Notes: generated from the sequence alone by a model not told the origin. A stretch of DNA of 59,254 nt from an uncultured Staphylococcaceae bacterium (GCA_964368275.1 CAYJAQ010000002.1:1-59254); one strand, 5' to 3'; shown: positions 38,132 to 46,673, counted from the stretch's first letter. Numbers and translations are program-made.

Positions 38132-38981
38132 ATTCCACAAATCGATTGCGATATGTACATTTTTTACATACTTCAAAAAATGCTTCATGCTTAGTAAAAT
38201 TCACTAAAGCACTTTGGTATGGTTCAGAATTAATTATTTTCTCAAATGATTCTGCAAAAACATTGCCTATTTTAGTGGCACCAGTTGCGTCTAAGCAACA
38301 CAAAGTAACCGTTCCATCCACTAATATTGCTAAATGAGTTTTTCCACCCAAACATTTAAAGGCAGCCTCATTTATACTAATATTTTGTTCAGGCCATACA
38401 AACTCATCCTCTTTTGAAAGATAAACATGAGGTATAAGCATTTGACCATTTTGCCAGTCATCACAGTGAAAATTAGTTCGGAAATAATCCCTAATATGGC
38501 CATTCAACTCAATAATATCTGTTTGTTTTTCGTCATTCCAAAGTCTGAGAGAAATACTAAATGTTCCTTGTAGAGATGCTGTACAAAGAAATTTGCGCAA
38601 ATCATCTAGATAAACAAGACGCTCAAAATGGGTCATTGTTATGAGGGCTTGAAGTGATATGTTAAGTCGTTTTATAATAGGTGAAGCAAGAATAATTGAA
38701 CCTTTTTCGGAAAGCAAAGTGCCATTGGTAGTCAACTTTACAGTCAACCCATGTTTTTCTGAAATCTTCAAAATATCAGAAAAATTTGGATGAATTAATG
38801 GTTCTCCTTTAACGTGCAAATATATACTTGTCGTGTAGGGTTTAATCGCCTCACATATTCGTTCAAAATCACTAAGCGACATCACCTGTTTTAATCTTTT
38901 ATCAATACTACAAAAAGGGCATTGAAGATTACAATTATTAGTTATTTCAACATAAATATGATTAAACTTATTTCTTTTCAT
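38130..38981 (-). CDS. Radical SAM/SPASM-domain protein
   Basis: CNLQCPFC (CxxxCxxC) 17 aa from the start. C-terminal Cys-rich SPASM-like segment (CLGG...VDGTVTLCC...CKKC). Start is the ATG at 38981 or at 39005. Confidence 0.8.
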   Translation of the reverse strand: MKRNKFNHIYVEITNNCNLQCPFCSIDKRLKQVMSLSDFERICEAIKPYTTSIYLHVKGEPLIHPNFSDILKISEKHGLTVKLTTNGTLLSEKGSIILASPIIKRLNISLQALITMTHFERLVYLDDLRKFLCTASLQGTFSISLRLWNDEKQTDIIELNGHIRDYFRTNFHCDDWQNGQMLIPHVYLSKEDEFVWPEQNISINEAAFKCLGGKTHLAILVDGTVTLCCLDATGATKIGNVFAESFEKIINSEPYQSALVNFTKHEAFFEVCKKCTYRNRFVE

Positions 38982-39552
38982 CTTTTTCTTCCGTGTAATC
39001 AACATCAATTATATTCTCATCTACTTTTGGTTGCTCCTCAGGATGATAACTCGGATACTCAATAGTGGTATTTTTAATGAAAAAGATCTTAAATAAACCA
39101 TAAATAATTGCGAGAGCGCCAATTACATAAATAACTATTGTCATAATACCTTGGAAACCAAATAGTATTAAGATAGCAGCAATAATATATTTCAACAAAT
39201 CATCTTGAAATTGTTGCAATTTATTGGATGCACTAAACAAGCTAATTAATAATATGACTAATACTACAACACCTAAAATTGTGCTGATAATGTTTGGATT
39301 AAAGAATAAAACATAAATACCTATAACAGCAAGAACAATTGCTTTAATAAAATTAAACAAACTGGCCCTGCTTTTATCGACACTATATACCCTAAACCAC
39401 ATCGTTGCGCTAATAATATAAACAATTGACAAGCCCAAACCAATAATGATGGAAATAATGTCAACCATTCCTTTATTAAAAACAATAAATATTATGCCAA
39501 TTATGCAACCAATAACACCTTCTAATTTATGATTACGTGTGACAATTTTCAT
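38968..39552 (-). CDS. Polytopic membrane protein (HdeD/DUF308-like), acidic C-tail
   Basis: About 6 TM segments. The 3' end overlaps the radical SAM start. Confidence 0.55.
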   Translation of the reverse strand: MKIVTRNHKLEGVIGCIIGIIFIVFNKGMVDIISIIIGLGLSIVYIISATMWFRVYSVDKSRASLFNFIKAIVLAVIGIYVLFFNPNIISTILGVVVLVILLISLFSASNKLQQFQDDLLKYIIAAILILFGFQGIMTIVIYVIGALAIIYGLFKIFFIKNTTIEYPSYHPEEQPKVDENIIDVDYTEEKDEKK

Positions 39553-39596
39553 AGTACCTCCTTAGAAAAAATATTGTGGTTGCCCACAATATTCTC

Positions 39597-39827
39597 TTAA
39601 TCAAACCAAATAACTCTATTGCTTAATATAAGCGTAATAATGTCAAGAATAGCCACAGCAAAACCAACGAATAGTAATACTATTGCTAGTACAAGTTGTA
39701 ATACATTTTTACTACTAATTGCTTTAAAAATGCGATATAAATCCCAAAAAATGTGAATGCAAGGAATAGCAAAAATAACTTTTAAAAATCTTGGTAAGCC
39801 GTTAAGCCACTTAATGTAACCTTTCAT
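39597..39827 (-). CDS. Small 2-TM membrane protein
   Basis: 76 aa counted from the ATG at 39827 (GGAGG, 7-nt spacer). Confidence 0.5.
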   Translation of the reverse strand: MKGYIKWLNGLPRFLKVIFAIPCIHIFWDLYRIFKAISSKNVLQLVLAIVLLFVGFAVAILDIITLILSNRVIWFD

Positions 39828-39886
39828 ATAATACCTCCGTTTCATATATTATACAACATATTGATAAAAAGAGCAAGTTATTAGTA

Positions 39887-42415
39887 TTAAAACTCTTTCT
39901 TACCGATTATCCGAAGGGTATTTAAGATAGCCATCAGACAAACACCAACATCAGCAAACACAGCAATAATCATACCGAATGCCCCTAAGATACCAATAGC
40001 ACCACCTATTAAGGCAATTAGTTTAATAATGAGTGACAAAACAATATTTTGAATAACAATCTTCCTAGTATATTTAGCAATCTTAATTGCATCATCAATC
40101 TTACCTAAATCATCGTTCATGATAACGACATCTGCAGCTTCTATAGAAGCATCACTTGCAATACCACCAAGGGCAATACCTATATCCGAACGCTTAATTG
40201 AGGCTGTATCATTGATGCCATCGCCAACATAGGCTACTCCGGTTTTCTTTGGTTTATTTTTAATAATCTCTTCAAGTTTACTCATCTTTTGATGAGGTAA
40301 TAGCTTACTATAACAAGCATCTAAAGCTAGTTCTTTAGCAACTGCTTGTGCTGTTACATCATTGTCACCAGTCATCATAATTGTTTTGATTCCTTGTTTC
40401 TTAAGTGTTTCAATTAACCAATATGCTTCACTGCGAAGTTCATCACCAATTACAATAACACCTAGCAGTTCATGATCATTAGCAACATAGACAACTGTAC
40501 CTATTTCGTTAGGAACTTCGTAAGAAATCCCAAAAAGATTCATTAAATTGTAATTACCGATAATTACTTTTTCACCATCAAAGTTTGCTTCTAGTCCTAG
40601 ACCGGGGTGGTCACGAACATTCTCAACGCGATTTTTATTAACAATGCGTCCATATTCATCGACAATACTTTTAGCAATAGGGTGAGTTGAGAAATATTCA
40701 ACATGGGCTGCGATTTCCATAATTTCTTCTTTTGAAAGTTTACCGGCAGTTTCAACACAAAGAACTTTAAAATTACCTCTTGTAAGCGTCCCTGTTTTAT
40801 CGAAGACAACCGCTGATAATTTATTTAATCCTTCTAAGTAATTACCACCTTTAATTAGAATACCATTTTTAGAAGAAACACCCATTCCCCCAAAATAGCC
40901 AAGCGGAATTGAGATAATTAATGAGCAAGGGCAAGAAATAACTAAAAATACGCATGCTCTATGCAAATAATCAACAACTTCAGCATTTTCAAAAAAGATA
41001 ATAGGGATAAAGAAGATTAACGCCGCGATGATAACCACAGCAGGTGTATACCATTTTGCAAACTTGGTAATAAACTTTTCGGTATTGGATTTCCGATCAC
41101 TTGCATCTTCTACTAATTTCAATACTTTGGTAACAGTTGATTCACTATCAGTCTTTGTAACACAAACTTTAATAACATCCGATAAATTAATGCTACCAGA
41201 CAATACCTCATCATTATTAGCAACTCTTACAGGCATTGATTCACCGGTCAGTGCTTTCATATCAACTGTTGTTGTTCCTTCAACAACATAACCATCAAGT
41301 GGAATCCGTTCGCCCACTTTTACAATAATATTTTGACCAGCTACTACTTCTTTTACATCAATTATCTCGCCGGTTTCTAAGCAAGCAACATCAACCTTAA
41401 TATCCATTAAGTCTTTAATCGCATTACGACTTTTAGCCGAAGCACGATCTTGTAATATCTCACCAACCGTAAATAACACAATTACCATAATAGCTTCAAA
41501 TTCTTCATGAACAATAATAGCACCTAGCGATGCAATTATCATCAATAGATTCTCATCAAATATTTGCCCCCTAATAATTCGCTTAAAGGCACTGATGTAA
41601 AGTTTATAACTAATTAGAATATAACAAGCAACATAAAGAATTCGTCTAGTAATTTCATAATCAGCTGGTGTTTTTACTAAATACTCAAGGACTAGTGCCA
41701 TCACAAACAAGCAAGCCGCTAAACTAATCTTTATAATTGACCAAATCTTAAGTTGTTTCTTCGTTCTTACTTCTTTTTTATCATGACATTCTTGACAATT
41801 ACAACTATGATCATGGGCAAATTGTTCTAAGTGGCTATGGTCATGGTCATGGTCGTGATCACAATCACACGAATGATCATGAGAACACGAATGATCATGA
41901 GAACACGAATGATTACCTACTTCATAGATATGATTATAGTCACTATCATTATGTTTAGACACTTCACTAGGTGTATCACTCTTTATGACAACTGCATTAT
42001 CTTCGACTTTTGCTACTATACTACTTACTGTATCAAAAACTTCAACGTTGTTTAAATGGGTGATTAAAATCTTTTTATTCAAAAAGCTAACACGAGCATT
42101 AATGATATCGGTATTTTTATTTAAGGCTTCTTCAACCTTCATTGCACAATTAGGGCAATCAATATTAGCAAACTTAAATTCTTCAGTAACCTCTTCACCA
42201 TGATCATGTTTAGCACAGTGACTTAAAGCAGTTACCGTTTTAATTACTAAATCTACCTCAGTATCACTCATGTTACGATTACCTATAATTAATAAATCTT
42301 TGGTATCATAATTGATACTAACTTCTTTAATAAAATCAAGTTTTTGTAAGTTTGTTGCTAACAAACTAGCGCAGTTTGTACAACTCAAACTTTCTAAATG
42401 AATTCGTCTTTTCAT
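39887..42415 (-). CDS. cadA: Heavy-metal (Cd/Zn/Co-type) P1B ATPase with two HMA domains and a His/Cys-rich insert
   Basis: CTNC and CPNC HMA motifs, SCPC in TM6, DKTGTLT, GDGINDTAS. Insert HSCSHDHSCSHDHSCDCDHDHDHDHSH. Confidence 0.92.
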   Translation of the reverse strand: MKRRIHLESLSCTNCASLLATNLQKLDFIKEVSINYDTKDLLIIGNRNMSDTEVDLVIKTVTALSHCAKHDHGEEVTEEFKFANIDCPNCAMKVEEALNKNTDIINARVSFLNKKILITHLNNVEVFDTVSSIVAKVEDNAVVIKSDTPSEVSKHNDSDYNHIYEVGNHSCSHDHSCSHDHSCDCDHDHDHDHSHLEQFAHDHSCNCQECHDKKEVRTKKQLKIWSIIKISLAACLFVMALVLEYLVKTPADYEITRRILYVACYILISYKLYISAFKRIIRGQIFDENLLMIIASLGAIIVHEEFEAIMVIVLFTVGEILQDRASAKSRNAIKDLMDIKVDVACLETGEIIDVKEVVAGQNIIVKVGERIPLDGYVVEGTTTVDMKALTGESMPVRVANNDEVLSGSINLSDVIKVCVTKTDSESTVTKVLKLVEDASDRKSNTEKFITKFAKWYTPAVVIIAALIFFIPIIFFENAEVVDYLHRACVFLVISCPCSLIISIPLGYFGGMGVSSKNGILIKGGNYLEGLNKLSAVVFDKTGTLTRGNFKVLCVETAGKLSKEEIMEIAAHVEYFSTHPIAKSIVDEYGRIVNKNRVENVRDHPGLGLEANFDGEKVIIGNYNLMNLFGISYEVPNEIGTVVYVANDHELLGVIVIGDELRSEAYWLIETLKKQGIKTIMMTGDNDVTAQAVAKELALDACYSKLLPHQKMSKLEEIIKNKPKKTGVAYVGDGINDTASIKRSDIGIALGGIASDASIEAADVVIMNDDLGKIDDAIKIAKYTRKIVIQNIVLSLIIKLIALIGGAIGILGAFGMIIAVFADVGVCLMAILNTLRIIGKKEF
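41836..41915. repeat. In-frame tandem repeats inside cadA encoding the His/Cys/Asp-rich stretch
   Basis: 18-nt unit ACACGAATGATCATGAGA present about 2.7 times (41867-41915), preceded by a CATGGT-type hexamer about 3 times. Confidence 0.85.
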
Positions 42416-42729
42416 TAGTTGTGTTCCATATGAGTTATTGTATTATGAATAATATCACTTACATGATCATCATCAAGTGTATAAATAACTCGCTGTCCTT
42501 TCTTCTCATATCGTACTAATTTCATACTACGAAGAATTCGTAGTTGATAAGAAATTGATGTTTGCGTCATTTCAACAGCGTCAGCAATCTCCTGAACGCA
42601 CATCTCCTTTTGGGATAGCGCGTATATTATTTTCATACGGGTTGGATCAGCTAATGTTTTAAAGAAATCTGTCAACATTACTAAATGTTCATCAGATATT
42701 TTAAGCATTTCTTCGCTTTTTTCTTCCAT
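42415..42729 (-). CDS. cadC: ArsR/SmtB-family metalloregulator (CadC-like)
   Basis: wHTH LADPTRMKIIYALSQKEMCVQEIA...SYQLRILR. Start re-set to the ATG at 42729 (AAGAAGGT SD). ATGA-type overlap with cadA. Confidence 0.85.
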   Translation of the reverse strand: MEEKSEEMLKISDEHLVMLTDFFKTLADPTRMKIIYALSQKEMCVQEIADAVEMTQTSISYQLRILRSMKLVRYEKKGQRVIYTLDDDHVSDIIHNTITHMEHN

Positions 42730-42755
42730 AGATATACCTTCTTTCATATGAATAT

Positions 42756-42771
42756 ATGCTCATATGTGCAT
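42756..42771. promoter_or_regulatory. Candidate CadC operator (imperfect 16-bp palindrome)
   Basis: ATGCTCATATGTGCAT (14 of 16 self-complementary) between the -10 box and the cadC start. Confidence 0.5.
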
Positions 42772-42781
42772 ACACTCATAC

Positions 42782-42810
42782 AATATACTACTTCTTAATT
42801 ACTTTGTCAA
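42782..42810 (-). promoter_or_regulatory. cadCA promoter
   Basis: TTGACA, 17-nt spacer, TATATT on the minus strand. Confidence 0.65.
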
Positions 42811-42828
42811 GTAAAACACTTCAATTTG

Positions 42829-42853
42829 CCAAAAAAAAGCCCCAAAGGGCTTA
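42829..42853 (-). terminator. Terminator of the COG2984-type ABC operon
   Basis: AAGCCC-TTTG-GGGCTT followed by TTTTTTTT. The stem includes the stop codon. Confidence 0.75.
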
Positions 42854-43663
42854 GTTTTTCGATAAGAACATTTTATCATTAAGTTCAATATCACCATAAT
42901 TTTCAAATAAGGATAGTAATTTCTCAACTGTTAGGTTACGTTTATCCTCACCAGCAATATCTAAAATAATCTTGCCTTCATTAAACATTAATAAGCGATT
43001 ACCGTATTTGATGGCATCTCGCATATTATGCGTAATCATGATTGCTGTTAACTGCTCCTCGGTGATTATCTCATTAGTAAGTTCTAATACCTTTTTGGCC
43101 GTCTTAGGGTCTAAAGCAGCTGTATGTTCATCAAGTAGTAATAACCGCGGTTTTACTAAAGTTGACATTATCAAAGTTACCGCTTGGCGCTGACCACCAG
43201 AAAGTAAGCCCACCTTTTGCGTCAATCTTTGCTCTAAACCTAAATCTAGTCTCTCAAGTGCATTCTTATATTGAGCAAGTTTTTCTTTGTGAAAACCCCA
43301 ACGCAATTTATTAGGTTTGCCTCTACGGGCAGCAATTTCTAAATTTTCTAAAATAGACATATTACCAGCAGTTCCCATATTCGGGTCTTGAAATACACGT
43401 CCAAAGTAAACAGCCCGCTTATTTTCCGTTAGTTTCGTTATATCTTGCCCATCAATAAGAATATTACCACAATCAGGTTGATTAACGCCACAAATTAAAT
43501 TCATCAGTGTACTCTTCCCAGATCCGTTGCCACCAATTACAGTAACAAAATCACCTTCAGCAATCTTTAAATTAATATGATTAATAGCTGTTTTATGATT
43601 TTCAATAGTTTGTTCTTTATTAAAGGTAATTGCTAAATCATTTATTTCTAGTAAAGTGTTCAT
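42851..43663 (-). CDS. ABC transporter ATP-binding protein (COG1101 family)
   Basis: GGNGSGKST, LSGGQRQA and LLLDEHTAALDP. Confidence 0.9.
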   Translation of the reverse strand: MNTLLEINDLAITFNKEQTIENHKTAINHINLKIAEGDFVTVIGGNGSGKSTLMNLICGVNQPDCGNILIDGQDITKLTENKRAVYFGRVFQDPNMGTAGNMSILENLEIAARRGKPNKLRWGFHKEKLAQYKNALERLDLGLEQRLTQKVGLLSGGQRQAVTLIMSTLVKPRLLLLDEHTAALDPKTAKKVLELTNEIITEEQLTAIMITHNMRDAIKYGNRLLMFNEGKIILDIAGEDKRNLTVEKLLSLFENYGDIELNDKMFLSKN

Positions 43664-44601
43664 TATGCCACCTTCTTTTCTTTCTTACTCAGTAAATATG
43701 TTTTTAATAGAGGAAGGGCTAAAATAAAGGTAATAATAATTGCTATTACTAAATTCAAGAAATCAAGAACTTCAAGTTCAATGGCAATCATTTTTAATAA
43801 CTGATAGCAAATACTACCTATAATAACTGAGATGGTAGACCGTAAGAAATCGCGTTTACCAAAGAGAACTTCACCAATAATGATTGATGCCAAGCCAATA
43901 ACTATAGAACCTCTTCCCATCTCGACATTCGCACTTGACATTTTTTGAGCAAATAATGCTCCTCCTAGGGCAACTAAACCATTAGCAATTGCTAAACCTA
44001 AAATAATCATTTTCCCAGTATTGATACCTTGTGCTCGTGCCATTTTTTGGTTAATTCCGGTAGCCCGAACTCCCATACCAATTTCCGTACCAAAGAACCA
44101 ATATAATAAGAAGAAAACAGCTAAAATAATGATAATGATTATGGATACTCTTCCGAAATAATTCCAAAAGATAGTATTAGTGTTACTAGTAAGATTGTTT
44201 AAAAAGCTAGTAAAGCCTGAAAAAATCGTCTTTTTAAATGTTAAGTTAGCTAGTGTTTTTCCAAAACCATTACTTAAACCAAGGACAAATAGATTAATGG
44301 AATATAATCCAGTCATCGATATAATACCTGCCAAGATTGCAGGAATTTTAAGCTTTGTATGCAAAAGGCCTGTAATAATACCTGCCAAGACACCACCAAT
44401 AACTGCTAATACGGTAGCAACAATTGGTGAAATGCCAACAAAGATTAATAAGGCAGCTAGACATGCACCAAAAGGGAATGTTCCTTCTACTGTTAAATCA
44501 GCAACATCAAGTACCCGATATGAAATATATACTCCTAAAGCCAGCAAGCACCATATTAAGCCATTCTCTAAGGCTGACTTTAAAATCTCAACTATAAACA
44601 T
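43663..44601 (-). CDS. ABC transporter permease (COG4120, BPD_transp_2-like)
   Basis: About 9-TM protein. Start and stop codons overlap both neighbours. Confidence 0.85.
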   Translation of the reverse strand: MFIVEILKSALENGLIWCLLALGVYISYRVLDVADLTVEGTFPFGACLAALLIFVGISPIVATVLAVIGGVLAGIITGLLHTKLKIPAILAGIISMTGLYSINLFVLGLSNGFGKTLANLTFKKTIFSGFTSFLNNLTSNTNTIFWNYFGRVSIIIIIILAVFFLLYWFFGTEIGMGVRATGINQKMARAQGINTGKMIILGLAIANGLVALGGALFAQKMSSANVEMGRGSIVIGLASIIIGEVLFGKRDFLRSTISVIIGSICYQLLKMIAIELEVLDFLNLVIAIIITFILALPLLKTYLLSKKEKKVA

Positions 44602-45593
44602 TATTCTATCACTTCATCGGCCTTATTTAGTAATGCTTCCGGAATTGTAATGCCGGCTTGTAAAGCAGCTTTTTTATTTACTGATAATTGAATATCTTCA
44701 AAAGGGCAAGTTACAACCGGTGTATCTGCACAAGTTGCTTCACCTTTTAAAATTTTTGAACCCATACTACCTGTTAATTTACCAAGTGCATGATAGTCAA
44801 TTCCATAAGTAACTGTTCCACCATTATGAACCATACCTGCTTCACCACAAATTGATGGAATACCAGCTTGTCGAAGAATTGGTTCAACTGCTGACATAGC
44901 TGCTGACAAAGTATTATCAGTAGGAATATATAATGCTTCAATACCTTTATTTACTAATGACTGAATTACATCTTGAATATCATTAACAGTATTAATAGTA
45001 GCTTCTTCTACGGCTAAACCAATTGACTCAGCATGTTCAATTGCAATATCAATTTGCACTTTCGAATTTACTTCACTAGATGTATAAATTGTACCAATCT
45101 TTTTAATACTTGGATTTAGCTCTTTTGCTAAATCGATTTGATCAGCAACTGGATTCATATCATGTGTACCAGTAATATTGCCACCAGGTTTTTCATTAGA
45201 TGCAACTAAACCAGCTTCTACTGCATCAGTTACCGCTGTAAAGATAATTGGAATATCACGACCTTGATTTTCCATTTCAGCTTTCAAAGTAATCGCAGCA
45301 GGAGTCGCAATAACAAAAATAATATCACATTTCTTTACTAGTGTTTCCGCAGCAAGCGCTAGATTAGATGGGTCACCTTGAGGGTTTTGATATCTAATAT
45401 TAATGTTCTCGCCGTCAACGAAACCATTCTCTCTTAATCCTTCAACAATGCCAGCTTCTGCAGCATCTAAGGCAGAATGAGTCGCAAGTTTTAAAATACC
45501 AACTTGCGTTACATCATTTTTACAACTTGTTAGTGATAACACAGTTACCATTAGCATAACAACAACAAACAAACTTTTTAAAATCTTTTTCAT
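44601..45593 (-). CDS. ABC transporter substrate-binding lipoprotein (COG2984, ABC_sub_bind; putative Trp/Tyr-type)
   Basis: Lipobox LSLTSC. Start re-set to the ATG at 45593 (GGAGG SD) because the track ORF's N-terminal extension runs through the leader terminator. Confidence 0.85.
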   Translation of the reverse strand: MKKILKSLFVVVMLMVTVLSLTSCKNDVTQVGILKLATHSALDAAEAGIVEGLRENGFVDGENINIRYQNPQGDPSNLALAAETLVKKCDIIFVIATPAAITLKAEMENQGRDIPIIFTAVTDAVEAGLVASNEKPGGNITGTHDMNPVADQIDLAKELNPSIKKIGTIYTSSEVNSKVQIDIAIEHAESIGLAVEEATINTVNDIQDVIQSLVNKGIEALYIPTDNTLSAAMSAVEPILRQAGIPSICGEAGMVHNGGTVTYGIDYHALGKLTGSMGSKILKGEATCADTPVVTCPFEDIQLSVNKKAALQAGITIPEALLNKADEVIE

Positions 45594-45613
45594 AATTTCC
45601 TCCATTAATTTTT

Positions 45614-45658
45614 CAAAATAAAAAGTGTTATTACTCATATCACTATAAGTAATAACAC
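45614..45658 (-). terminator. Attenuator terminator in the leader of the COG2984 ABC operon
   Basis: Minus strand: AGTGTTATTACTTATA-GTGA-TATGAGTAATAACACT (16 bp with one G-U) followed by TTTTATTTT. It ends about 20 nt before the SBP start codon. Confidence 0.85.
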
Positions 45659-45688
45659 TCAAATTCAAAATTAATCTTACTTAATCTT

Positions 45689-45730
45689 ACGAGTTATTAC
45701 TTATAGTGCGATACTATCGTGTAACAACTC
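45689..45730 (-). promoter_or_regulatory. Antiterminator / anti-antiterminator segment of the attenuator
   Basis: CACTATAAGTAATAA (45707-45693) is perfectly complementary to the terminator 5' arm TTATTACTTATAGTG. CGAGTTGTTAC (45730-45720) pairs with GTAATAACTCG (45699-45689). Confidence 0.7.
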
Positions 45731-45764
45731 GCTAAACTTTTCAAAGGAAAAGTCCAAGAGATGG

Positions 45765-45836
45765 TCTAAGCACGACTTTCGCTTGGCAAGTAATAATAGT
45801 AATAATAAGATTGAGTATTAGTTATTTGATTAAACA
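45765..45836 (-). CDS. Leader peptide, 23 aa, six consecutive Tyr codons (MFNQITNTQSYYYYYYLPSESRA)
   Basis: AAAGGAGG SD, 7-nt spacer, ATG. Tyr codons TAT TAT TAC TAT TAT TAC. TAG stop. Lies between a near-consensus promoter and the attenuator stems. Confidence 0.7.
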
Positions 45837-45866
45837 TCGCAATAACCTCCTTTATTATACTACTCC

Positions 45867-45895
45867 CATTATACGCTCATCTTTTCCATAATGCA
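45867..45895 (-). promoter_or_regulatory. Promoter of the Tyr-leader/ABC operon
   Basis: TTGCAT, 17-nt spacer, TATAAT on the minus strand, about 30 nt upstream of the leader ATG. Confidence 0.65.
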
Positions 45896-45941
45896 AGTGT
45901 TTTTTCAAAGAAAACGTTTACTTTGACATTTTTTTCGTTTT

Positions 45942-46673
45942 TTATAGATATCTTTTTAAGAATTCTTTTGTTCTTTCTTGTGTAGGATTACTAAATAATT
46001 GCTTTGGTGCACCTTTTTCAATGATGTAACCATCATCCATAAAGACTACTTCGGTAGACACTTCTTCTGCAAATTTCATTTCGTGGGTAACTACAACCAT
46101 TGTTGTACCACGTGCTGCTAAGCTTTTCATAACATCCAGAACTTCACCAACCATCTCAGGATCAAGTGCACTAGTTGGTTCATCGAATAATACAACGTCA
46201 GGATTCATCGCTAAGCAACGGGCTATAGCGACCCTTTGCTTCTGACCACCTGATAGGGTCTGAACTGGTTGATTAGCATATTCTAACATACCAACAAGTT
46301 TTAAAAGTTCCATTGCTCGTTCAGTTGCATCAGCTTTGTTCATCTTTAGAACTTTCATAGGGCCAACAGTACAATTTTTAATAACTGTCATATTATTAAA
46401 CAGATTAAATGACTGGAAGACCATACCAACTTTTGTCCGAAGTTCATTAATACTTATTTCATTTTTTAATACATCTTTACCACGATAGTAGATTTCGCCA
46501 CCATCTGCTGTAGCTAACATATTAATACAGCGTAAAAGTGTTGATTTGCCGGAACCTGATGAACCTATTATACTAATAACTTCACCTTCATGAACATCTA
46601 AACTAACATCTTTTAGAACTTCTTCATTATCAAATGATTTTTTTAAATTTCTAATACTTAAGATTGTTTCCAT
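45942..46673 (-). CDS. Polar amino acid ABC transporter ATP-binding protein (GlnQ-like)
   Basis: [17 protein letters not shown] and [16 protein letters not shown] at 46673 preferred (AGGTGA SD) over the GTG at 46682. Confidence 0.92.
   Translation of the reverse strand: METILSIRNLKKSFDNEEVLKDVSLDVHEGEVISIIGSSGSGKSTLLRCINMLATADGGEIYYRGKDVLKNEISINELRTKVGMVFQSFNLFNNMTVIKNCTVGPMKVLKMNKADATERAMELLKLVGMLEYANQPVQTLSGGQKQRVAIARCLAMNPDVVLFDEPTSALDPEMVGEVLDVMKSLAARGTTMVVVTHEMKFAEEVSTEVVFMDDGYIIEKGAPKQLFSNPTQERTKEFLKRYL

Noticed and set aside
44180-44650. 156-aa plus-strand ORF antisense to the ABC permease. The same applies to other antisense ORFs in the track (903..1118, 3101..3358, 4141..4350, 4828..5082, 5338..5583, 6118..6345, 8478..8690, 12435..12740, 13438..13701, 16066..16401, 23872..24162, 27179..27523, 35021..35386, 47272..47637 and others).
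   Set aside because: All lie fully inside well-supported genes on the opposite strand. They have low-complexity or hydrophobic mirror-frame composition, no SD and no recognisable motifs.
45594-45668. N-terminal extension of the SBP ORF (MNLSVITYSDMSNNTFYFEKLMEEI)
   Set aside because: It is read through the leader terminator stem. The ATG at 45593 has a GGAGG SD and starts a canonical lipoprotein signal peptide.
45594-45941. T-box riboswitch upstream of the COG2984 ABC operon (suggested by TTGCGATG at the 5' end and the family's known T-box association)
   Set aside because: No AGAGA/GNUGA K-turn, AG-bulge or distal-loop motifs are present, and there is no T-box sequence (AAnnnGGGUGGUACCGCG) overlapping the antiterminator. 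TTGCGATG is the SD-to-ATG junction of a translatable Tyr-rich leader ORF.
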